Origin: Penicillus capitatus
Taxonomy: Eukaryota > Plantae > Chlorophyta
Direction of reading: 5' to 3'
NCBI GenBank assembly: GCA_965649825.1
Contig: OZ287694.1
Span: 991,197 to 1,055,196, forward strand
Length of the DNA stretch: 64,000 nucleotides
Part shown: piece by piece, positions 46,365 through 58,253 of the stretch
Layout of the letters: every line of letters begins with the position of its first letter
Numbering within the stretch: position 1 is the first letter of the stretch
Notes under the pieces: model-generated
Database searches by the model: none
What the model saw: only the letters and a program-made list of their open reading frames with translations
Told to the model about the DNA's origin: nothing
Translations under genes and position numbers: made by a program

Positions 46365-47452
46365 AGACAACCCAACAAGCCAGAGAATGACGTCCCTACC
46401 CAGTCGTCTTCATCATCTGACACCCCTGGAACAATTGCATTCATGAATCCGTCACCTTCAGGTTCTGGAGAAAATGCACCGATGGACCCAATGGCTCGTC
46501 GGAAACACGAATCCTCTCCCCTCAAGCTGGACAGGCCACCAATCGAATCATGTCGGAGACGATGACGGCGATCTCATGCACAGTCTCATTGCCTTCGCCA
46601 TGTTCCAAGATGATGGACAAATAGTTTCAGAAGATTTCGTTCGGCAGCAATCTCTTCTTCTGGATTGCTACAGAAGCGCTCGAGACCTCAAGGATCGACT
46701 GCCGCTTGACAAACCTGTTGGAATGAGGCCGCCAAGATCCCTCAGCAACCCCCAGACAATGCATGGACGGGCAAGATTTTCCTCCATGACGACCAAATCG
46801 TCAATGCCACTGCAGAATGTCCTGTGACATCACCTCCTCGACTCATGATCGAATCAAGAGTTTCTACGGCATGCGTGTCCAAAAGGGCCGAAAAACCAGA
46901 CATCGAGGAGATGGAGCATTACTTCTTCCTTATCACTCCCGCTGCGCCCAATGGCCCCTTCAGCGAACTATTGAGCAATCTCAAAGAATATCGAACCGCT
47001 GGTGTTGTGCAACTCGAGGAGCTCAACATTACTCTGTATTTCGTTCCTGCTTCGGAATCGAGGTTTAGACAATTGAGTGACATAGGGGATCCAAAGAACG
47101 CCCTCGTGTGTTTTTTGACTGTGACATCATGATATGAGATGTTGCTGCTGTGTGTTAAACATGTTGTCTTTGCAGTGACAGCTGTGTATAAGCATCGTCC
47201 ATTGTTCATCGATTTTCAACTCGGCACGTGCGTTACGCGACATGTTGAGCGACAGCGTTGCGGCGAGAGTTATCGCCGGAATCGTACTACAAGGAGAACA
47301 ACGCAAGAGTGTAGGTGGTGCACAAAGCAGTGAACTCTGGTTCAGGTGATGGATCTCTCGATGCGTGTATTGTCCTCTGGATCTAGAAGCCTTCTTTGAT
47401 CGCCACTGCGTCTGCGATTGTGATTACGATCACATCCTTTTCTGCGTCGTTC

Positions 47453-47677
47453 GATCGGATGTCCCCGTCGCTTTCTGCAAAGACAAGAGCCTGTTCTCGT
47501 GTTCTGTCATCTCCCGTGACAACTCTTCCCACTCCTGTCGCTACTCCCTTGTCCTTCTCTCGGACATCGACCTCTTCATTCCTGCCTTCTTTGTCTTAGA
47601 CTCAGGCTGTCACCTCAGTTTGACGACCTCTGTCCTCTCCTGCTATTCCTTTTTCAAAAGTCGCAGCTGAGCAAGGC
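47453..47677 (-). pseudogene. Duplicated internal fragment of SMC1 (source 40266-40491, including intron sequence)
   Basis: Near-colinear match gatc(a/g)gatgtc(t/c)ccgtcgctttctgca...gcagctgagcaaggc. Confidence 0.9.
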
Positions 47678-48123
47678 CGCCAAAGAGGAACGGCAAGTGA
47701 CTCTCTCTGCCATTGAATCTGTAGACCGGCAGAGACGAAACGGCTTAAAGCACATATGGTTCAGTCGACATTCATAAAGTCACCCTGGCCGATACGCTTC
47801 TATACCAGCGTTTGGACCGAGATTTCGTACTATACGGTCGAAGGAGGCCTATGTTGTGGGAGATAGGGACGACGCCGTCGCGAAACGTCCATCTGGTGAA
47901 CCAGGGATTGTTTCAACATAGCGGAACTGATTACTAGATTGTTCGATGACAAGACGTTCATCCATACAATCGCCATTAGGTGCAACTTGAGATACAAAAA
48001 AGAGAGAATTCTCGACCAGCTCTTGCTCGAGCTGAACTGGTCGAATTCTTTAGACGCACAACTCAAAATGCGAAATAGAAGTCATCATGAACACTAAACG
48101 AGAACTTGGAAAATGCTTGCTCC

Positions 48124-48681
48124 TCATCTGCCATGGGGCATGTCCGGCGATGCTTTGGCCGATGCCGTTGCAGAAACTTGGATGCTGCCGCCAGTGTCTT
48201 TCTTCTGAATACTTTCCTGCGCACGGAACTCGGCCTTGTCTTCTTCTGTTGCTCGGTAGTCTTCAAGAGAAACTCCAGGCGGAAGCTGAGGGATAGTGAC
48301 ACCCCTTGGAATCTCTTCGAAAAAAATGGCGTTCGGTTTGAGTTTGAATGGCACTTTCGCTTTGAGAAGAGCATCGACGACAGCGGCATCGTTCTGATTG
48401 CAAACCGAGAATCGTCTTCTTATGGCCATTTGCACGTCTTCCGATGCCTCGCATGTTTGACTCACATTCTTTTGCGGAAGACATTCAGCCATCGCCAGTA
48501 ACGTTCCTCCATCGCCGGTGGAGGTCAGTGCCGATGCCGAACCGGATGCTGCCCCAGAAGTAACTACTTCAGCGACGGCAAGTTTCATGGCGACAACGGG
48601 TAGGGGAGGGCAGGCGATACGGTAGATCCAGTACAAGAGGTGTCTTTGCGGTTTTCCAAACACCGTCGCAGCGTCTCTCAT
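48124..48681 (-). CDS. Hypothetical protein
   Basis: Open frame with protein-like C-terminal half (AAVVDALLKAKVPFKLKPNAIFFEEIPRGVTIPQLPPGVSLEDYRATEEDKAEFRAQE); start and possible extra exons uncertain. Confidence 0.5.
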   Translation of the reverse strand: MRDAATVFGKPQRHLLYWIYRIACPPLPVVAMKLAVAEVVTSGAASGSASALTSTGDGGTLLAMAECLPQKNVSQTCEASEDVQMAIRRRFSVCNQNDAAVVDALLKAKVPFKLKPNAIFFEEIPRGVTIPQLPPGVSLEDYRATEEDKAEFRAQESIQKKDTGGSIQVSATASAKASPDMPHGR

Positions 48682-49398
48682 CGCAGAAAGATTCGCAGCC
48701 CCATCGTCGGCAAAAGGACGCGTCGCTAAAGAACACGCGAGTGAGCGACACTTAAAGTGGAATCTTTTTAAGAACCGGCACCTGTTCCGTAGGCAAAACA
48801 GAGAACGGCCATCTGCCACAGAGAGTGTTCAGACATCTTCGCCGATTGGCATCGACAGACTTACGAGACAGTAGAGGAGTCTAATGGAAGAAGAGCTCGC
48901 CATGGTAGTCGAACGGATAGGGTATTTTCCTTCGTTCGTCTCCAGGGAGTTTCGAGTCTGTTTTTTCGCAAGAGGACTTTGCGTTGGCGTCGATGCGCAT
49001 GGCCGGCTAAATAGTCGAGAGACCTTCGCGTTTGTTCATCTCAGATTCATGCCGCGTTCTGCTGAACTCTGAAATTCAGCCGTTTTTCCGTCGTACGCGA
49101 AATTGTCTGTCGGCTGCCACAAATCGCCAGCTGTTGATTGCGCGATCGAAATGGCACACAGGATGCCGAATGATGATGATGATGAGCTTAATCTGTTGAG
49201 CAGTGAAGTCTTTAGAGGCGTGAGATGGTCAGGAACTTAGCTTACCTCGTTGACAGAGTGGCTGTTGCTTCTTGCCTCCATTGCTAACACCTTGTGCTCA
49301 CAGACCTGCTACCTCAATGCACTGTTCGATCGTTTAGTCTTGTCAGACCGTTGCTTGAATAACTTACTGAATGCCGGAACGATTTTTGGGCCATAGAA

Positions 49399-50285
49399 CT
49401 ACACTGCTACCCTATTGAATCCCTCCGCCTCAGCGGGGCAGAGAAAAGAACCAAAGATTCTCCTCATCTTAAACAATGATTCGGCGAACGCCTTGAAGCT
49501 CACTGAATGATTTGATGCCTTTCGCTGCCGAATCGGCCAGAATGGAGAGTGCTCCTTTGATCCGAATGCCGTGTCATGGGATATCTTCTCGTCGTCCACA
49601 CCCCGCACAACATCAATGGGCATCATGCCAAACAGCCTGCCTTGTAAGCAATCATCGCGAATGCGTTTGACACCTGCATTCTGTAGCCAGTCAGGCTCTT
49701 GTTCTGGTTGCATGTGACCCATGGGCCATCTGAGAAAAGCAATGAGGCATGAAAAACAACGCACACCTAAAACGGAACCGACAACCATTCTCAACGCAAA
49801 GAATTCGTGGAAGAACGCAACTGCCAAAACAAAATCGACGCGGACTGATGAGCCGACTTCAGAAGATAAGAGATTCGGCGCTTCGGAGACGATGCATCCA
49901 ACAACACGCCGTTGCTCAACGCTCTCGTTTTCCCGTCGTCGTCCCATGTCACGCGACGACGCACTTCGAGGGCTTTATACTGGGCATCGGCGGAGAATCC
50001 ACTCCGCGTGAAAACAAACCGCCACCGTAGACGACGGGGATGCCCGCTTCTGACCGACTCCGCAGAATCCATCGTCGCTTCTCCGGCCTTTCTTCGAGCA
50101 GCAATGGTACAGGGTCGGTGCCTGTCAGCTTCTATCTTCTGATCTCCTGAACGCATCTTTGGTCCACTTATCACAGCTTCATCATGCCTCATCAGCGGCC
50201 GTCTGCCACGCGGCGCATTATTTATACCGACTGCAGGCACTGCAGTTTTCAAACGAAGAGACAACGAGGCGTTATATGCTTTCAA
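49399..50285 (-). CDS. Possible two-exon hypothetical protein
   Basis: Protein-like segments RRLRWRFVFTRSGFSADAQYKALEVRRRVTWDDDGK and PDWLQNAGVKRIRDDCLQGRLFGMMPIDVV separated by a pyrimidine-rich GT-AG stretch. Confidence 0.35.
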
Positions 50286-50838
50286 AAACAGCAGACTCTG
50301 TGGGAAAGCCAGTTACGTTGCCTCGTCTGTTAAGCATTAACCGAGAAACACGTTCGGTCATGAACCGCCTGGCCGGGCGTTCGTCGAAGCGCTTCGCGCT
50401 GATTCTCGCAGTCTTCGCTCTTTTGCTCAAAGTGCACTGCGCCTTGGAGAACATGGACAGAACCAGCGATGTTTTATCGATGCCGAAACGCTCTGCGGGT
50501 ATGCCGCTCTCGACGGTGTGCCGACCTACGATAGATACTTCGTATACGGCGAATATCTTTCCGTACTTATTCGCCTTCGTCGTCGATCATTCTTGCAAGC
50601 GGCAGTGCAAGACAAGAGCATTTTCTAGGGCCCATTCGATCTCCCGTTTCGCCATGGTCGGCAAAGGAGGCACATTTCGAACACGACGCCCAAGTACTCT
50701 GCGTTTCGTCACCATGTGTGCTGTCGTATGAGATGCGATGCATTGCTAGACGCGTGAGGACACTCGTGGTCTTCTGCAAGAGACGCGCCGACGTTCACGA
50801 ACCGAAAGTAGCTCTCCAGCGTTTTCCATCCTCACTGT

Positions 50839-53800
50839 ATGACCCCGTACATTTCAGTTGCGGTCCCGGAATGTCGACTCGAGCGACAAGAGATATCCGA
50901 GTTGTTGGACGCGGCGACCCGAACGTGGACGATCGATAATGCTGCCCTGGAAAGGATGTCCAATGACATCAGTGCCGTCGTCAACTGCACGGCAAAGGAC
51001 GATGTCGTTCTTCTTCGCGTCGAAAGGGACATGCGATTTCCCGCTCGTGTGTTCGTTCCCTGGAATCTAACGTTGACATCCTACATCGAGAACGCCCAGA
51101 TGGAAGACGGCGTTCTCCCTCGGTCAGATGTCAAACTCGAATCCGTTGTCCGTCGAACGCCGGCGCCTTTGAGATCGGGTGATCACGCGTCTCGACTCGG
51201 TCTGTCGTACAAAGCATGGCTTTTGCAGGTCGCCGAGTGTCGCTCTTGCCAACCTCGTCTTCCAAGGGTGTGACCTAGAGGCCTCAGATGCATCCATCAT
51301 CAGAATCGCCAGCCAATGCGCTTCGGATGACGATGGACAAGGAGTGATCAAGTTGCACCACGTGACCTTCCGACGCAACACACTGAATGGATCCAAAGGT
51401 CTCTCGGCTACCCAGCCATCGTGCCCCTCTGTGGAAATGGTCGATGTTGTCTTCTTGGGCAATGCCTGTGGCGATCGGTGCTTTGCCGCACTTGCCATGC
51501 AGAATGTCCTGAACGGCATGGTCCTCCAGAGAAACAGACGGCTGTCTGACGGCGACTCGCCGATCGCGTTGATGTCGGCGCCGTCTGGATCCTCGACCAC
51601 CGTCTCCGGTCTGGTCGCAAGGTCCAATGAATTCTCGATTCTTCGCGCTGTGGAAAGCAACGTCGACATAGCAGACGCCGACATCGAAAAGAGTTCCAGA
51701 GATCCTCCCTTTGTGTTCGATCGTGCTGTGTCCGTCGTTGTCACCGACAGCTCCATTCGCAGAAATTCTGTCTCCCATTCCGGCGGTGCCATTCTCGCAA
51801 ATGCCACCGAGCTGCTCAGTATCTCCCGCTGCATCTTTGAGGGAAACGTCGCAGAGAGCGGTGCTGCCATCGCCTCCATCGATGGTAATTTGACGATCAG
51901 CAACTGCTCCTTCCACCACAACATTGCGAAGACGGATGCTGGAGCACTCCATCTGTCAAACGGTCGTTTGGAACTGCGCGCCTCCGTCTTTGAGAGCAAC
52001 AATGCTACCGGGAACGGAGGCGCAGTCTTCCTCCGAGAAAGCCGCCCTTCAACATTCTCCGAAGTGCAATGTCGCAACAACACGGCTGGAGATGGTGGGT
52101 GTCTGTCAGCGTCGGCCGCCAGGGAGCTCATCATCGAGAACTCCGCATTCGAAAACAATACGGCGACCAACGGAGGCGCCATTCGCTGTGATCGCATGTC
52201 TCTCGGCATGATTGCGAACTCGGTGATGAATAGGAACGTGGCTCTCGGCAAAGGCGGCGGCATCTCGTTGGTCGCATCTCCCAGAATGGAGATCCGCAAT
52301 TGCTCTCTGAATAACAATTCTGCCGAAGCGGGCGGTGGCCTCGACAGCCGATCGTCGCGAGACGTCATCGTAAATCGATGCACCTTCTCTGGCAATTCGG
52401 CTTCGCTCAATGGAGGCGGAGCATGGATCTTCGAACAGAGCAGCGTCCTTGTACAAGCATCGAACTGGACGATGAACCGCGCCGCGAGTAAAGGCGGCGG
52501 AATCGGCGTGGAGGAATCAAATCTCACGGCGCAGTCTTCGACCGTATCCCACAACACAGCTCAAGAAGGATCCGGAGTGAGAACCGAATTTGGAGATGTT
52601 GATCTGAATCAGGTCGCCTTGATCGGAAACCGTGCGTCGGCGTCAGGGGGCGGAATGACGATCCAGCACGGAAGAGCGACGATCGTAGACTGTCACATCG
52701 CACAGAACATTGCCAATGTCTTCGCCGGTGGACTCAATATCGCCAAGGCTCCCAGGGTCATCCAGAACACGACCTTCATTGAGAACAGCGCCCTCAACAA
52801 CCGTGGCGGTGGTCTGGCTTGTTTTGACAGCAATATGTCGATCGCAGATTCAGAATTCCGAGCAAACAAGGCCCACAGTAGTGGCGGCGCGTTTCATATT
52901 GTTTTCACTATGTTTGTCGCAGCAGAGAGGCTCATCATAAGAGATAATCAATGTACAATAGACGGCGGCGGAATCGGAATCGCTGAAAGGAGTGGACTCA
53001 ATATCTCCGACTCCACGATCCAGAACAACACCGCAGCACAGGGCGGTGCTATCTTCTGTCTCAACTCGACCGTCCATGCAACTGACTGCAACATCCATTC
53101 GAATCGTGCGACAAATGGAGGAGGGATTTTTGTCACCAAAGGTTCGAGGTTCTTCCTCGAGAACTCGACTTCCATCTCCAACAAGGCTCAGTCGATCGGT
53201 GGAGCGATAACGAGCTTCGGTGGTAGTACGACACGGATCAAGGCGGTGACGTTCTCAGACAACGAAGCACAAGGCAGTGGAGGATGTGCGCATGCCTAAG
53301 AATCGAGTGTCTTCGTGATAACAGATGCACGTATTGTTAGCGGTCGTGCGCACCAGGGTGGAGGGATCCATGCCCAATCAAACTCAGCAATCGCCCTCTA
53401 TGATAGCATCATCCGTAACAACACAGCGACAAAAGAGGGAGGCGGTTTGCTTCTGGATAGCTCTGAAGGGAATGTGAACGAGACGATCTTCGAGGGAAAT
53501 GTGGCGTCGATCGGAGGATCCATCATTATGAAGAATTCAAGCCTGCAACTAACGAAGTCTGTTCTCGAATATGATAGGGCCACTCTGGCTGGCGGGTCCA
53601 TTGCCGCGAATCAGAACAACTCGTTAATTATCCTGAAGACATCGCTTTTAAACACCAAAACGAAAAATGGCGGAAGCATTTGGCTTTCTGGGTCGACTCT
53701 CAATGCTAATGCGCTCAAGGTCTCTAATTGCGAGGCGAAGAAGGCAGGTGGGGCCATTTTTGCAAATGCCTCTTCCATTGTACTGTGTGCCAATTGCACC

Positions 53801-54483
53801 TTCGACAAAAACAGGGCTGGAAAAAAAAGGGGAGCGATTGCCTTTCATTTTCTCGGAGCCCCGCTATCCCGCGCTGCAGCTGAACGACTGCACGTTCAAC
53901 GAAAACAATGCCAGTATTGGTGGTATAGTAATTGTCCGAAAGCAAACAATTCCTAACAATTATCATGCTATAGGTGCAGTGCACGTTGCCACTCATCGTC
54001 GTCGAGAGGGTTGCGCGAATTCAGGGGATCCCTGCACCTTTGTGGCAGTGACAGGCAGCAGGTTTTCGAGGAACAAGGCGAAGACGTCAGGGGGTGCCAT
54101 CTTCCTAAAGGATCCAACAGTCCTACGTTACTCTTGCTCTCCCCAAGTCACAGAAGCCCCTCCAGCGATCGATGCGACAGACGTTTTAGAAGAATCAAAC
54201 GCGCTGGAATCGGCCAAGGATATCTGTCCAGAGTGGTCCACAAACGAGGCTGGCCTATACGGCCCAAACATCGCCTCGTCTGCCAGATCCGTCAGGGGAT
54301 TCACAGTCGACAGCGATGCAATGAACAACGAGAAGCCGGTCAAGAACAACGAACTTGTTTCCAAGAATCACCGAAGTGGCGCCTCCCTGCCAACGCTTCT
54401 CGTCGAGGTACTGGATGGGTATGGACAGAGTCCTGCGCTCGGCGAAGGCGACGCGTTCGTCCAGGCAACCATGCATTCTCTCG
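50839..54483 (+). pseudogene. Pmp-like (GGA(I/L)...FxxN) parallel beta-helix protein gene, disabled and 3'-truncated
   Basis: Many GGAI/GGGI...FxxN repeats over 51179-53850; frameshift at ~51133, in-frame TAA 53297-53299, frameshift ~53845; interrupted at 54484; 5' exons probably extend to ~50650 or further. Confidence 0.82.
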
Positions 54484-54812
54484 AACTGCGGATTCAAAAG
54501 CTTCGGGCGAAGTGGCTTCGCCGACGATCCGAACAGATGCTCGTCGCCGCAGCCATTGAGCGTGAGAGGACAGCGAAGCCGTAGAGCGCTGAGTAGAAGG
54601 AGACGACGAGACGCGCAAGGAAACGCGTGCATGGGCGAGAGGAGCCAAAGAGGAAACACCGATGCAGCAGGATGAAGGCGCCACGGCGATCAGGGAGGAG
54701 ACAGCTGCTGCGATCGAATGGCGCGATTGGCTGCAAAAGCGTTTGGATACCGATGCTGAATGCACGTCGGCGAACAAACATGGAGAAGAATGCATTTGTT
54801 TGATATTTAAGC
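54484..54812 (-). pseudogene. Duplicated HCF244 5' flank plus transit-peptide coding region (source 42948-43277)
   Basis: aactgcgg(g/a)ttcaaaagcttcgggcgaag...tttaagc colinear with the source; start codon ATG changed to GTG. Confidence 0.92.
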
Positions 54813-57360
54813 GACTATTTGTACGTTTGTTTGTTCGTTCTTTCTTAGACTGCGAACTGAGTTTCTTGCGAACTCCTGCGACCTTGCGCGCGCTCGCCTT
54901 TTTACGATGGATACCGATTCCCACGGTGAACGTAAGCGTTCACCGAAGCCTCCGAGTCAGCTGGCCAATCGCCCGCGACGCAATCCCATCGAGACACCAC
55001 CGCCGCTGCATCTGCGACGCCTTCACGGCTTGACAGCGGATGCCTGTGCTGCCATATAGGCCGGAGCTCGATGCAAAATCATCGAAGATAGAAGAGCTAA
55101 GGAGTTGAGACATGAGACAGAAGGGCTTTTGAAGAGGTCAATCCGCTCCGGCATCGAGCCAGGATCCAGTCTTCTTTGAGATCACTCCGGGCAACAGTCC
55201 CTTCCCTCGACGGGGCCTGTGCCTTCTACCCCTCAAATCCCTGCTGCAATTCCCGAGAATCCTCCAGTCGTGCTGAGCACGAATTACAAGCGCCGTAGGT
55301 GTAGAAAGGCTCATTGTCCATGCTAAGTGGGTAACGGTTGCAGAATCTACATCCTGTTTGGTGGCTGATGAGTATGGACATGTCCTCTGGTTCGTGTCTC
55401 CGCCCGGAAACCTGGGAAATGACGGAGTCAGTGCTGCCTGTAAACAGTACGGAAGAGTTTCCAGAGTCATCTCTCCTGAAGTCTCGCTCGCCAAAGCTCT
55501 CGTTATGTTCGAATCCACAAAGTTTGGAGCAGTGTTGTCCGATCTGTCACATCTCATGTACCATTTCTAGAGAGGCCCACAAGTGCTACCAAGGACTCCT
55601 GGAGAATCCAGACTACGCATCCGAACGCCTGGCTTACATGCTGGTTCCTTCTGTGCGGCACATGAGGGAAGGGCGCTATTCCGCCTTGTTGTGGATGGAT
55701 GGATCGCGCACCTACTCGACCATCCCTCACGTGACCAAATACTTTGACAGTGCTGGCCACTGTGCTCCTGAACACAGCATCGAAGTCGAGGACTCTATAA
55801 GAGAAGGCGCCCCGATCTGATTACCGACGCTCATTCTTCAAAGACTGATCTGTCTCCGGAATTGTTGTTCGAAGCTCCGAAGATCGAGAAGATGAAGTTG
55901 TGTCTGCGAGTCCCTCAGCCTTCTCTCGGGAATCTCGATCCTCGCCATTCTCGGAGAAAGAGAACGAGGAAGGATGCGTTCGCATCGAGATCGGATCTTC
56001 CTCCCCATGAAGAAGAGACAACCCAGGAACGCCTGTGGCGCCGAGACCTCTGTCCTTGTCTGCTACGGACGCGTGCGATGCATCAACGGAAGATACTGCT
56101 GGTGACACTGCAGACGGGCAAGATCATAGAAAATCCAAAGAATCCATAACTCCGGACTCCCATACAAGTCATGCGGCGTCTGAGGACAGAAACACGAACA
56201 CGACAACCCAAAGTACAGCGAACTTGTCGTGTACCCACGGTGGAAATTGCTTCCTCATTATAGAAGAGGATTCCGTTAGTGAAGAATCTCTGCCGAAGCC
56301 AGAAGACAACCCCCACCCTAGACAAACATCAAGTCCTATAGAAGACATTCCTACTATGTCTTCAACAGAGTTGCCAACTGAAGCGGAGCAACATCAACCA
56401 GAAGATGTAGAAGATCTCAGTCCAAGCCTCAGCGACGACGTTCCTGCCGAGTCTTCGACAGTCGCGCCAGCTGAAGTGAAGCATCAGCAAGCTGAAAATA
56501 AAGAAGTGCTGCTTCAAGCCCTCGCAAAGGCGTCGCTCGTGAGCCTTTAGCGGTTGCGCCAAATGGTGTAGATCAACAGCAAACTGCAGAAGACTACAAC
56601 AAATCAAGTTCAGTCGAGGAGTTTAGACACGAGTCATTAGAAGCTCTGCAAATGGATGCGGCGAAGGAACAGTCTGTGCATGAAGAGGCATGCATCATCA
56701 GGCTAAAGGGAAGACGCTCCTACTGAGTCTTCAACAACTATGCCAGCAGATCTGGAGCAGAACAAACTAGTAGAAGCAACAACAAATTAAGTCCCAGAGA
56801 AGACCCTACACAGGTGTCTGTTGAAGCCCTGCCAGATGTTGCGGAACAGCATCAGTGTGTAGACGAAGATGTATGGCGAAGTCACAGAGAAGGCGTTGCT
56901 GTTGATCCTTGGACTGCCATGACGATAGATGCAGTTGAAGAGCAAGCTGGACGTGAAGATGTCTGGCAAGGTCATGGAGAAGGCGTTTCTACCGGACGTT
57001 TAGCGACTATGATGATGGGTGCGGAAGAGTGGCAAGCTGTAGATGAAGAAGCAGCCAATTCAACACTCAGAGAAGTCCATCATGCTGAGACTTTGACGCA
57101 CATCCGCCCATCCTGATTCCACTGATGATGACTTACCAGACTACGATGATCCAAACAAAGTTGAGTTTGGCACAGCGGACTGTGGGCGAATGGGTGTTCG
57201 GTCTGTTAGGACCGAGGGGCGTCACGAGAGGCATGGGCGCTTCGAGGCCGTTAGTGGAGACGAATAGGACGGGTATTTCTACAGGACGATCAGCACATCG
57301 TTGTATAGTTAAACGTCCTGTCATTCTACAGTGACGTACGTCTCTTGATCTAACAGGTCA

Positions 57361-57660
57361 GACATGACGTGACATCTACCGCCCTATAAATGGGCGCATG
57401 GGGCGCATGAGATGTTTAATGATTCTGTTTCGTGGTGCTGCCGCGTGGGCGCGCTGCGCGCCCGCCTCCGCTCTCGGGCCGCACTCGCGCCATCCGTCTT
57501 CCGCTGCGGCGCCTCGGCGCGATTGGCCGACGTCTGGTTTCGGAGCGTTTTACGCTCTTCATTTTGACTGCGGCAAGCGCAGTGCGAGAGCCGGTCCGTG
57601 ACAGATTAGCTGGAGACCTCAAACCTGGTCGACTCCGAGGTTGACCGAGGAGGACGCGAT
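57361..57660 (+). promoter_or_regulatory. GC/CpG-rich segment with TATAAA, promoter-like, embedded in F2
   Basis: ccgccctataaatgggcg at ~57379-57396 followed by a very GC-rich tract containing gggcgcgc-t-gcgcgccc. Confidence 0.35.
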
Positions 57661-58105
57661 TCCCGTCGAGCAGAGAAAAGGTTTTCTGTGGCTGTGGCGA
57701 GGTCCTACGTGGACGCCACCTTCGGCTGGTGCATGAGTTCAACCGTCAGGCGGTCCGACGATGCAAGTCTTTGCTGTCGCGCGAGGCGAACTTTTGCCAC
57801 GGACGTGAACCAGACAGTGGTTCTTCTGTCGAAAAGCAGACGTTGCACGAGAGAGACACGGCTTGAGCGGGTTAACCCAGAACTCCATGTGGTACTGGAA
57901 AATCTGCGAGCTTTCGAACACGTGATGATTGACGGATCTGGGCAGACCGAAGCGGACGCCAATCGCCTCTCGTGCACGAAGAAATCGAGCCAGATCCCGT
58001 CGATGGATCTGTGAACAGATCTCCTGCCTGCCAACTCGAATCTCCTGTCGAAGAGGAGACATTTCCGATGCATGAAGACAACCAGACCATGCTTGGCAAG
58101 AGGCC

Positions 58106-58253
58106 TGTACATGAGTCTGTGATGATCTGCCTTCGATGCAGATCATCGCAGACCTTGTACATAGCTATATCCAACGAGCCATAGCTATACCCATGTGCAT
58201 GAGTCTGTTGATGGTCTGCTGTTTGATGCAGATCATCACAGACCTGCACATGG
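58106..58253. repeat. Hairpin pair C
   Basis: Units 58106-58161 and 58191-58253 (ccatgtgca...tgcacatgg). Confidence 0.92.

Larger units (their letters stand above)
43735..47132 (+). pseudogene. Spen/FPA-like RRM-SPOC gene copy F1 (RRM deleted, Pmp fragment inserted, frameshifts)
   Basis: 43735-43890 matches exon1-intron-exon2 of the 55k copy; PESSE repeats; SPOC-like domain WTGKIFLHDDQIVNATAECPVTSPPRLMIESRV...ELLSNLKEYRTAGVVQLEELNITLYFVP at 46764-47132, preceded by an apparent 1-nt deletion. Confidence 0.7.

Noticed and set aside
51124-52557. 477-aa minus-strand ORF
   Set aside because: Antisense shadow of the Pmp repeats; the same applies to 25273-25959 (+), 40728-41339 (+) and 24413-25144 (+) opposite SET and SMC1 exons
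53297-53299. In-frame TAA (and other internal TAA/TAG) read as a TAR=Gln genetic code
   Set aside because: Conserved genes here end in TAA/TAG (cysK, FIS1, TRAP-beta, RF1, DAK) and their long ORFs lack internal TAA/TAG; the internal stops occur only in frameshifted copies
10446-54483. Bacterial contamination suggested by BicA-like, RF1 and Pmp-like genes
   Set aside because: All carry short spliceosomal GT-AG introns and sit among clearly eukaryotic genes
55650-55750. MBD-like reading of EGRYSALLWMDGSRTYSTIPHVTKYF
   Set aside because: Lacks the MBD upstream W/R pattern; fits better as the start of a second RRM in an RRM-SPOC protein
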